This document shows positions 56,444 to 64,000 of a DNA stretch of 64,000 bases, piece after piece. This DNA is from Wenzhouxiangellaceae bacterium (lineage in GTDB: Bacteria > Pseudomonadota > Gammaproteobacteria > Xanthomonadales > Wenzhouxiangellaceae), in the NCBI GenBank assembly GCA_965222675.1, contig OZ244963.1, positions 990,617 to 1,054,616 on the forward strand, written 5' to 3'. Made by a program: the position numbers and the translations under genes. Under the pieces are notes generated by a model that was not told where the DNA came from, ran no database searches, and saw only the letters and a program-made list of their open reading frames with translations. How positions within the stretch are numbered: position 1 is the stretch's first letter; the number at the start of each line of letters is the position of its first letter.

Positions 56444-59400
56444 ATGCGGATTATACGCGTCTGCCTGGCAGCGGCCGCGCTCGTTCCGTGTGTCGCAGGA
56501 GCCGACACGGCGCCGGCCGAGGCCGTTGCGCGTCCGGCCGTGTCGTTTCTGAATGCGGCCGACGGATTGCCGAGCGAGGCGGTCGAGACGATCGTGCAGG
56601 ACCGTCTCGGTTATCTGTGGATCGGCACCCGTGGCGGCCTGGTGCGCCACGACGGTCATCGATTGACCGTGCTCCGCCATGACCCGGACCGCGCCGACAG
56701 CCTGCCCGGCAACAACGTGATGAGCATGCTGGCCGCGCGCGACGGCTCGATCTGGGCCGGCATCTCGGACCAGGGCCTGGTCCGGGTTCGCGGTCGATCG
56801 GTCGAGCGTCACTGGCCGAGCGCCGAGGCCGGCGGAGAGCTTCCGGGGCGGTTCATCTGGTCGATCGCCGAGGGCTGCGATGGTTGGGTCTGGCTTGCGT
56901 TCGCGCGCGGCGGCCTGGCACGCATCCACCCGGTCCGCGACCGCATCGAGACCTGGCCGGCCGGTGATCCTGCGGTGCCCGACGACGGGTTCAACCTCGA
57001 GTTGCGAATCGGCCCGGACTGCCATCCCTGGCTGATGACCCTGACCACCCTGTATCGATCGACCTCGCCTGACGCGCCGGACTTCCGTCCGGTGCGCCAG
57101 CCCGACGGCGAATCGATCGAGGAAGGCATCGTGTTCGAATTCGTCGAGCCCGACGCCCTGGTCGTGGCCGGGCAGGGTGGGACACGACGATTCCGGCGGC
57201 AGGGCGACGAATGGCAGCTGGAAGCCAGCGCACCGGTCGATGGAACGGTCACGGCCCTGGCCGTGGCGCCCGACCGCAGCCTCTGGCTGGCCGAGCCCGG
57301 CCGGGTAAGCCGGTGGGTGCACGGTGCACCCGAACCCGAAGCGGTGATCCGGACCGATTCGAGCGCAGCCGGTGAGCCCCGCCTGGCCGGGTTGCTGATC
57401 GCATCGATCGGCGTGGATGCCGAAGGTGGGGTATGGATCGGGACCAGCGGTCGTGGGCTGGCTCGCCTGTCGCCGGCATGGCGAGGCTTCCGCCGCATTC
57501 CCTATGGTGGACCGCTGGCGCTGTCGCGCGTCGAACGGATGGCCGCCGACCCCGCGGGCGGGGCCTGGCTGCTGGACCCGCTACGTGGGTTGCAGCATAT
57601 CGATGCCGAAGGTCGGCTCGGGGAACTGCACCCTGCCTCGCGGCTCGGCCGGGTGCACGACCTGCGCGATGTGGTCGCGACCGCCGACGGGCTGCGAGTG
57701 CTGACCGACCGCCGCATGATCCACTACCGGCCCGATACGGGCGAACGAACCGTCCACTACCAGTCCGCCGACGAAGTGCCGGCCATCCTCCGGTTCATCG
57801 AAGCCGGCGACGACGGACACTTCTGGCTCGGTTCGGAGCGGGAGCTGACCCGGCTCGACGCCGACGGAGAGGTGGTCCGGCGCTGGTCGCCGACCGACGC
57901 CGAGGGCGACGGGCTCGACGAATCGGCCCTGATCGATGTCGAACGCGGGCCCGACGCACGGTGGTGGCTACTGGGCCGACGAACGATCGCGCGACAGGAC
58001 GGATCGGGCGAATTCCGGGTGATCCACCGCGTCGAAAGCGCGCTGAACGACACCTGGTTGTTCGACGGCCACGACCTGTGGTTGGCCGGTGATTCGCTTC
58101 TTCAGCGCTTCTCGATCGATCGCGCAGGATTGCGCCTGGAGGACCGTTTCGTGGCCGGAAACGGGCTGCCACCGGGAAGGATCCAGCGGATGTTCGCCTA
58201 CGATGGCTCGATCTGGCTGTTGATGACGACCGGTCTGTCCCGGCTCGAGCCGGAAGCAGGCCGATTCAGGGTCTTCTCGGCTCACGAAGGACTGCCCACG
58301 GTTCGTTTCCAGTCCAGCGGCGCGGTCGTGACCGAGGACGGATTCCTCGCCGCGACGACCGAGGGTGTCCTGCGCGTGGTGCCGGACCTGATCGATGGCT
58401 CGATCCGGCCGCCGCCGGTGCATCTGACCTCGGTACGGGCCGGTGATCGTCGGTGGACGTTGCCGTCGGGCCCCAGGCAGGTGCTGGATCTGGCCTGGTA
58501 CGAGAACTCGATCGAGTTCGAGTTCGTTGCCCTGTCGTTCCTGAACCCCGCAAGGAACCGGCTCCGGGTTCGCCTGAGCGGGTGGGAGGACGACTGGTAC
58601 GAAGACACCGGGATGAGTCGGCGCTACTTCGGCAACCTGTCGCCGGGCCAGTACCGCTTCGAGGTGCAGGCGGCGAACGCCGCCGGTCGCTGGAACCGGG
58701 TCGGGGATGCCGTGGACCTGCGCATCGCCCCGCCGCCATGGCGTGCCCCGTCGGCCATGGCCGCCTACCTGATGGTCGGCCTGGTGGCCGCAGGCGGAAC
58801 GGGCATGGCGTGGCGCAGGCGCCAGCAACGGTCGGCCCAGCGGCGGCGTGCGCGCGACCAGCGTGAACTGGTCGATGCCCAGCGCAAGGTGCTCGCCCGC
58901 CTGACCCGGAGCTTCGAGCCCGAGTCGCTGCGCGTGGCGATCGTCCAGGTCGTTCAAGCCCTGACGCACGCGCAGCGGGTCGATTTCCGCTTCCTGCACC
59001 CGGGTTTCGGCGAGCCTGTCGCACAGGCCGGTCCGCCCATGGACCATGCGCTATCCGCTCGGGCCGGCGAGCCGGTTCCTTCCATAGCACCCGACCGCCA
59101 CGTATTCGAGCTTCGCGGCGAGCGCGGCGCGCTGGCCGAGATCGCGCTCGAGGGCGTCGATCGGCTCCACCGCCCGGAGATTCGCAGTCGACTCGCCCTG
59201 CTCCGGGCAACCGCGTCCCAGCTGCTCGACCAGTCGCTTTCGCTGGTCGACGGCCGCCGGCTCGCCGAGGCGGCCGAGGATGCCAGCGCTGCCAAGTCGG
59301 AGTTCGTGGCGATGGTCTCACACGAGATTCGAACGCCTCTGCATGCGCTCAGCGGCATGCTGTCGATGCTTCGGCAGACGCAGCTGGACTCCGAGCAGGC

Positions 59401-60328
59401 CGACATCGTCGAAACACTTGCGCGTTCGACCTGGCAGCTGCGCGGCCTTCTCGACGAGGTGCTGGACCTGTCGCGCATCGAGGCGCGCGAGATCCGGCTC
59501 GAACCGCGGCCCTTCGAACTCGTTCCGATGCTGGAGCGCATCGTCGACCTGCATGCCGCGAACGCCCACCGCAAGGACCTGGCCCTGCGCCTGCGGGTCC
59601 ATCCCGACCTGCCGAACGTGGCGGTCGCCGACGCACTTCGGCTCGGTCAGGTTCTCGGCAACCTGCTCAGCAACGCGGTCAAGTTCACGGTCGAAGGCGC
59701 GGTCGAACTCGAGGCCCGCGCCACGCCGCGGGGTACGCTGGTCTGCTCGATCACGGATTCGGGTCCCGGAATCCCGGAGACGTCCCGGGCCCGGATGTTC
59801 GAGCCGTTCGAGCAGGCGTCTCCGAGCATGACCCGACGCTCCGGCGGGGTCGGCCTGGGGCTGGCGATCTGTCGGCGCCTGGTTGCCGCGATGAACGGCC
59901 GGATCGAGATTCGGTCACGACGTCTCGGCGGCAGTCGCTTCATCGTCGAAATTCCCGACGTGCTGGCGCCCAGGCCGGGACCGGGCCCGGAGGGTTTCGG
60001 GGTTCTGCGCGGCCGTCGAGTGGCGGTGGACGTGGAGCCCGCCGACCGTCGCGCGTTGCTCTGGTTGGCGCAGCGGTGGCACCTGCGCCTGGTCCGGCCG
60101 CCGATCGAGCGGCACGACTGGAGCGGGATCACGGCGCTGATCCACGGGCCGGGCCGCATCGGCGAGGTGGCTCGGCAGCAGGCACAGCAGGCCGGATGCC
60201 GCTGCCTGTGCCTGTCGGCGGAGCCGCCCCGCTGCGCGTCGACCTGGTTGCGTGCGCCGCTGAACGAGAGTCGATTGATCGGTGCGCTGATCGACGCTGT
60301 ACTGGCCGAGGCTCCCTGGATTCCCTAG
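56444..60328 (+). CDS. Large sensor histidine kinase with periplasmic two-component-regulator propeller and Y_Y_Y domains
   Basis: Start at MRIIRVCLAAAALVPCVAGA. Repeated Reg_prop-like units (YLWIGTRGGLVRHDG, SIWAGISDQGLV, GVWIGTSGRGLARL), a Y_Y_Y region (RLRVRLSGWEDDWYEDTGMSRRYFGNLSPGQYRFEVQAANAAGRWN) and a TM segment. Then an H-box (MVSHEIRTPLHAL), an ATPase (DSGPGIP, GGVGLGLAICR) and a C-terminal receiver-like tail. Confidence 0.85.
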   Translation: MRIIRVCLAAAALVPCVAGADTAPAEAVARPAVSFLNAADGLPSEAVETIVQDRLGYLWIGTRGGLVRHDGHRLTVLRHDPDRADSLPGNNVMSMLAARDGSIWAGISDQGLVRVRGRSVERHWPSAEAGGELPGRFIWSIAEGCDGWVWLAFARGGLARIHPVRDRIETWPAGDPAVPDDGFNLELRIGPDCHPWLMTLTTLYRSTSPDAPDFRPVRQPDGESIEEGIVFEFVEPDALVVAGQGGTRRFRRQGDEWQLEASAPVDGTVTALAVAPDRSLWLAEPGRVSRWVHGAPEPEAVIRTDSSAAGEPRLAGLLIASIGVDAEGGVWIGTSGRGLARLSPAWRGFRRIPYGGPLALSRVERMAADPAGGAWLLDPLRGLQHIDAEGRLGELHPASRLGRVHDLRDVVATADGLRVLTDRRMIHYRPDTGERTVHYQSADEVPAILRFIEAGDDGHFWLGSERELTRLDADGEVVRRWSPTDAEGDGLDESALIDVERGPDARWWLLGRRTIARQDGSGEFRVIHRVESALNDTWLFDGHDLWLAGDSLLQRFSIDRAGLRLEDRFVAGNGLPPGRIQRMFAYDGSIWLLMTTGLSRLEPEAGRFRVFSAHEGLPTVRFQSSGAVVTEDGFLAATTEGVLRVVPDLIDGSIRPPPVHLTSVRAGDRRWTLPSGPRQVLDLAWYENSIEFEFVALSFLNPARNRLRVRLSGWEDDWYEDTGMSRRYFGNLSPGQYRFEVQAANAAGRWNRVGDAVDLRIAPPPWRAPSAMAAYLMVGLVAAGGTGMAWRRRQQRSAQRRRARDQRELVDAQRKVLARLTRSFEPESLRVAIVQVVQALTHAQRVDFRFLHPGFGEPVAQAGPPMDHALSARAGEPVPSIAPDRHVFELRGERGALAEIALEGVDRLHRPEIRSRLALLRATASQLLDQSLSLVDGRRLAEAAEDASAAKSEFVAMVSHEIRTPLHALSGMLSMLRQTQLDSEQADIVETLARSTWQLRGLLDEVLDLSRIEAREIRLEPRPFELVPMLERIVDLHAANAHRKDLALRLRVHPDLPNVAVADALRLGQVLGNLLSNAVKFTVEGAVELEARATPRGTLVCSITDSGPGIPETSRARMFEPFEQASPSMTRRSGGVGLGLAICRRLVAAMNGRIEIRSRRLGGSRFIVEIPDVLAPRPGPGPEGFGVLRGRRVAVDVEPADRRALLWLAQRWHLRLVRPPIERHDWSGITALIHGPGRIGEVARQQAQQAGCRCLCLSAEPPRCASTWLRAPLNESRLIGALIDAVLAEAPWIP

Positions 60329-61413
60329 GTCTTCGCCGTCGCGCTTGCCCGACGCACGGTATCGACGAGCACGTCGACGTGGTCCGGGTCGACCTCCGGC
60401 GTGATGCCGTGACCGAGGTTGAAGATATGGCCGGGGCCGTCGCCGTAGTCGGCCAGCACGCGCTTCGTCTCGGCCTCGATCACGTCGGGCCGGGTCAGCA
60501 GCACGGTCGGGTCCAGGTTGCCCTGGATCGCGACCCGGTCGCCGACGCGCGACCGGGCCTCGCCGAGCGACGTGGTCCAATCCACGCCCAGCCCCTGACA
60601 GCCGGTGTCGGCCAGCGATTCGAGATGGCTGCCGCAGCCCTTGGCGAACAGGATCACCGGGGTGTCCGGGCAGGTCGACTTCAGGCGGTCCACGATTCGG
60701 CGCATGCCGGCCAGCGAGAAGCGGCGGAACAGCTCGGGCGACAGCACGCCGCCCCAGCTGTCGAAGATCATCAGCGCATCCGCGCCGGCCTCGACCTGGG
60801 CGGCAAGATAGTCCGCCGTGCTGTCGGCCAGATGGGTGATCAGCTGCTCGGCATCGTCCGGGTGCTGCAGCAGCAGGCGCTTGGCGCGGCCGAAGTCCTT
60901 GCTGCTGCCGCCTTCGATCATGTAGGTCGCCACCGTCCACGGACTGCCCGCGAAGCCGATCAGCGGCGTGTCCTCGGGCAGCTCTGCGCGGATCATCCGC
61001 ACCGCGTCCATGACGTAGCCGGTGGCCTGGATCGGGTCCGGGCTCGGCAGGGCGTGGATCTGCTTGAGGTCGCGGATCGGGTGGTGGAACTTCGGCCCCT
61101 CGCCGGCGACGAAGTGCAGCCCCAGGCCCATCTCGTGGGGCAGGATCAGAATGTCGGAGAACAGGATCGAGGCGTCGAAGCCGTAGCGACGGATCGGCTG
61201 CAGGGTGACTTCGCAGGCCAGCTCCGGGGTGCCGGCCAGGGTCAGGAAATCGCCGGCCTTTGCGCGGGTGGCGCGGTACTCGGGCAGGTAGCGGCCGGCC
61301 TGGCGCATCAGCCAGATCGGCGTCCGGTCGACCGGTTCGCGGCGAAGCGCCTTCAGGAAACGGCTGTGGTGGCGTGGGTTGGAGGACGGCGGGTTCGGTG
61401 CGGGCGGGTTCAT
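60325..61413 (-). CDS. hemE: Uroporphyrinogen decarboxylase
   Basis: 362 aa. PIWLMRQAGRYLPEYR, ILFSDILI and IFNLGHGI motifs. Confidence 0.93.
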   Translation of the reverse strand: MNPPAPNPPSSNPRHHSRFLKALRREPVDRTPIWLMRQAGRYLPEYRATRAKAGDFLTLAGTPELACEVTLQPIRRYGFDASILFSDILILPHEMGLGLHFVAGEGPKFHHPIRDLKQIHALPSPDPIQATGYVMDAVRMIRAELPEDTPLIGFAGSPWTVATYMIEGGSSKDFGRAKRLLLQHPDDAEQLITHLADSTADYLAAQVEAGADALMIFDSWGGVLSPELFRRFSLAGMRRIVDRLKSTCPDTPVILFAKGCGSHLESLADTGCQGLGVDWTTSLGEARSRVGDRVAIQGNLDPTVLLTRPDVIEAETKRVLADYGDGPGHIFNLGHGITPEVDPDHVDVLVDTVRRASATAKT

Positions 61414-62477
61414 TGTTCGAGTACCTCCAGGATGCGTTCCGGCTCGACGTCGTCGCGCACCCGGGCATCGCCGAGTGCGTCGAGCAGCACCAGCCGGATC
61501 CGGCCGGCCCGGTTCTTCTTGTCGAGTTTCATGTGGTTGGCCAGGGCGGCCGGCGATACGTCGTCGGGTCGCCGCGTCGGCAGTTCGAGCCGCTGGAGCA
61601 GCGCGGCCAGCCGGTCGGCGTCGCCGGCGGCCAGGTCGCCGAGGAGCACGCCGAGCTGCGCGGCCTGGACCATGCCGACGGCCACCGCTTCGCCGTGCAG
61701 GAACCGGCCGTAGCCGGTTTCGGTTTCCAGCGCATGGCCGAAGGTATGGCCGAAATTGAGCAGGGCGCGCTGGCCGGCCTCGCGCTCGTCGGCGGCGACT
61801 ACGTCGACCTTGTGGCGGACCGCGCGCTCGATGGCCGCGGTCAGCCGATCGGCGTCGCGGTCCAGCAGCCAGGGCGCGTCGGCCTCCAGCGCATCCAGGA
61901 ACGCGGCGTCGCGAATGGCGCCGTACTTGACCACCTCGGCGAGCCCGGCGCGGAACTCGCGGCCGTCCAGCGTGGCCAGCGTGGTCGGGTCGATCAGCAC
62001 CCGGGCCGGCTGGTGAAAGGCGCCGACCAGGTTCTTGCCGGCGGGCAGGTTGACGCCGGTCTTGCCGCCGATCGCGGCATCGACCTGGGCCAGTAGCGTG
62101 GTCGGCACCTGGACCACGCGGATGCCGCGCATCCAGCTGGCTGCGGCGAAGCCGGCCAGGTCGCCGATCACGCCGCCGCCGAGCGCCACGATGGTGGCAT
62201 CGCGCTGCGCGCCGAGTTCGACCAGTGCATCGAGCACCTGCTTCCAGGTGTCGAGGGTCTTGGCCGGCTCGCCGGGCGGCAGCACCAGCGTGGCCGTGTG
62301 GTGTGCGGCCAGCGCGCGCTCGACCCGCGGCAGATGATGGGCCGCCACGTTGCGGTCGGTAACGATCAGGACCCGGCCGGTCACGGCATCGGCCAGTGCC
62401 GATCGATCGTCGAGCAGGCCCGACGCCACGTGGATGGCGCAGCAGCCCCGATCGTGGTTCAGCTCAAGTGCGGTCAT
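61410..62477 (-). CDS. aroB: 3-dehydroquinate synthase
   Basis: 355 aa. ALGGGVIGDLAGFAA, GGKTGVN and LNFGHTFGHALE motifs. Confidence 0.93.
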   Translation of the reverse strand: MTALELNHDRGCCAIHVASGLLDDRSALADAVTGRVLIVTDRNVAAHHLPRVERALAAHHTATLVLPPGEPAKTLDTWKQVLDALVELGAQRDATIVALGGGVIGDLAGFAAASWMRGIRVVQVPTTLLAQVDAAIGGKTGVNLPAGKNLVGAFHQPARVLIDPTTLATLDGREFRAGLAEVVKYGAIRDAAFLDALEADAPWLLDRDADRLTAAIERAVRHKVDVVAADEREAGQRALLNFGHTFGHALETETGYGRFLHGEAVAVGMVQAAQLGVLLGDLAAGDADRLAALLQRLELPTRRPDDVSPAALANHMKLDKKNRAGRIRLVLLDALGDARVRDDVEPERILEVLEQ

Positions 62478-63054
62478 CGCGCGGGACCCGGTGCGTGCGG
62501 ATGGTCTGCTCCAGGGCCTGGGCCATGCGGTGCAGCGGAAGATTCTTCGATTCGAACACGATGTCGGCGACCTCGGCGTAGATCGGGTTGCGGTGGTCGG
62601 CCATCCGGCTCAGGCGCTCACGCCGATCCGGCGCGGCCAGCAGCGGCCGGCGCTTGTCGCGCTCGAGGCGCTTGAGCTGCTGGGCGACGCTGGCGTTGAG
62701 CCAGACCACAAGGCCGCCGGCGCGCAGCAGCGACCGGTTGTCCTCGCGCAGCACCGCGCCGCCACCGGTGGCGATCACCCGACCGGAGCCCGCCGCGACC
62801 TCGGCCAGCAGCGCGTGCTCGCGGTCCCGGAAGCCCTTCTCGCCCTCGATGTCGAAGATCACGGCGACTTCGACACCGCAGCGCTTCTCGAGCTCCTCGT
62901 CGAGGTCGACGAATTCCAGGCCCAGGGCCGGGGCGACGCGACGGCCGAGGGTGGTCTTGCCCGACCCCATCGGTCCGATCAGGAAGATGTTGTCGGGCGC
63001 GCCGGATTCCAGCTCAACGGGGTCCACGGTCGGGTCGGCAAGTCGAACGGCCAA
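62464..63054 (-). CDS. aroK: Shikimate kinase
   Basis: 196 aa. NIFLIGPMGSGKTTLGR (P-loop), FVDLDEE and ATGGGAV motifs, upstream of aroB. Confidence 0.9.
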   Translation of the reverse strand: MAVRLADPTVDPVELESGAPDNIFLIGPMGSGKTTLGRRVAPALGLEFVDLDEELEKRCGVEVAVIFDIEGEKGFRDREHALLAEVAAGSGRVIATGGGAVLREDNRSLLRAGGLVVWLNASVAQQLKRLERDKRRPLLAAPDRRERLSRMADHRNPIYAEVADIVFESKNLPLHRMAQALEQTIRTHRVPRDDRT

Positions 63055-63076
63055 TGGCGAATGCTACAGTAGTTCG

Positions 63077-63661
63077 ATGCCGCGCACGCCGATGCCCGCC
63101 CCTGCTCCCGAGCCCGAGCCGGACCCTTCGACGACCTTGCTCACGGGCCTGCCGCCGGTCGTGCGTGACGATGCCCGGGTGCTGGTGCTCGGCAGCATGC
63201 CGGGTGTCCGGTCGCTGGACGAGGCCCGCTACTACGCGCATCCCCGCAATGCGTTCTGGCCGATCGTCGGTTCCCTGATCGACCAGCCGCCGACGGGTCC
63301 GTACGCGATGCGGCTGGACGCGCTGCGTGAACGCGGGATCGCGCTGTGGGACGTGATCGGGCGCTGCCGCCGTGCCGGCAGCCTGGATTCGAGGATCGAG
63401 CCCGCTTCGGTCGAGGTCAACGATCTCGGCGGCCTGATCGATCGCTGCCCGCAGTTGGCGCTGATCGCGTTCAACGGAGCGCGCGCCGAACAGGAGTTCG
63501 ATCGCCGCGTGCTCCCGCTGCTCGGGCCCGGTGCACGCGCGATCCGTCGCGTGCGCATGCCGTCGACCTCGCCGGCCAACGCGGCGCTGGGGACGGAGGA
63601 AAAGCGCCGCGCCTGGCACGCCGCGCTCGGCCCGGCGCTGGTGCCGGCCGGCGGCGGCTGA
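63077..63661 (+). CDS. DNA-deoxyinosine (hypoxanthine) glycosylase, UDG family 6-like
   Basis: Start at MPRTPM. LVLGSMPGVRSLDEARYYAHPRNAFWPI and MPSTSPAN resemble the family-6 UDG pattern as recalled. The track extension back to 62588 overlaps aroK antisense. Confidence 0.65.
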   Translation: MPRTPMPAPAPEPEPDPSTTLLTGLPPVVRDDARVLVLGSMPGVRSLDEARYYAHPRNAFWPIVGSLIDQPPTGPYAMRLDALRERGIALWDVIGRCRRAGSLDSRIEPASVEVNDLGGLIDRCPQLALIAFNGARAEQEFDRRVLPLLGPGARAIRRVRMPSTSPANAALGTEEKRRAWHAALGPALVPAGGG

Positions 63662-63756
63662 TCCGCTCGCGATTCCCCGGCCGGAACCCACCGGCCGGAA
63701 CTCACCGCGCAGCCCCTCCGTTGCAGGTATCCTAGCGGCCCGAATCGTTGCCCCGG

Positions 63757-64000
63757 ATGGCTTCCATGGTCCGTTTCTTCATTCTCTTCATCGTCCTGCT
63801 GGTTTCGCTGTTCACCATCGAAGTGCTGCGGCCGGTCCAGGAGCACGTCATCCTGCCGTTCACCTCCGGCATTGCCTGGGTCAGCGTCACGCTGATCGAG
63901 CTGTTCGATTCCGGGGTCGATTCGATGGGCAAGATCATCCGCGACATGGAGACCGGGTTCGCGGTCAGTATCGAACCCGGTTGCAACGGGGTCGAAGCGC
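63757..64000 (+). CDS. Exosortase-family protein, N-terminal part (possibly XrtH, the IPTL-CTERM-specific type); runs off the window end
   Basis: Hand translation gives MASMVRFFILFIVLLVSLFTIEVLRPVQEHVILPFTSGIAWVSVTLIELFDSGVDSMGKIIRDMETGFAVSIEPGCNGVEA. It has two TM segments, then a conserved-looking Cys in a GCNG context, as at the catalytic Cys of exosortases. It is not in the ORF track because it is open-ended. Confidence 0.45.
   Translation, partial: MASMVRFFILFIVLLVSLFTIEVLRPVQEHVILPFTSGIAWVSVTLIELFDSGVDSMGKIIRDMETGFAVSIEPGCNGVEA

Noticed and set aside
56356-56445. Longer start (MKFNPN..., 56445) for the 2OG-oxygenase-like gene
   Set aside because: Its ATG would overlap the divergent kinase start codon (TTCATGCGG, 56443-56446), leaving no promoter space. 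The added 30 aa are low-complexity. The start remains uncertain.

Overview
High-GC chromosomal window with gammaproteobacterium-like synteny. The backbone is housekeeping. One long minus-strand block runs rpsB-tsf-pyrH-frr-uppS-cdsA-rseP-bamA-skp-lpxD-fabZ-lpxA-lpxB-rnhB. Also present are tatABC, hemH, recQ, tkt, hemE-aroB-aroK, two TonB-dependent receptors, two large sensor kinases and redox/detox genes (arsC, wrbA, tlpA-like). Four accessory regions stand out. (1) A co-directional block at 17.1-21.9 kb holds a DTE-motif proteorhodopsin and the Blh retinal-forming dioxygenase. It continues with a 70-aa helical peptide gene, a periplasmic-TPR GGDEF cyclase and a tetrapyrrole-methylase-fold enzyme. 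That enzyme's motifs match borosin-type peptide alpha-N-methyltransferases, so this is a candidate split borosin RiPP module with an embedded c-di-GMP gene. (2) A 2.8-kb non-coding array at 7.9-10.7 kb lies between two convergent genes. It is built from ~190-bp units in alternating orientation (period ~510 bp). Each unit carries a conserved 10-12-bp-stem hairpin with a compensatory base-pair change between copies. (3) A visibly AT-rich islet at 32.4-33.3 kb encodes a secreted protein with an IPTL-CTERM-like tail and sits next to an IS3-family element. (4) A partial exosortase-like gene, possibly XrtH, lies at the right edge, and two proteins in the window carry matching C-terminal sorting tails. 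Family calls rest on motif recognition and memory only; no searches were run. Many long ORFs in the track are high-GC antisense artefacts and were not called.
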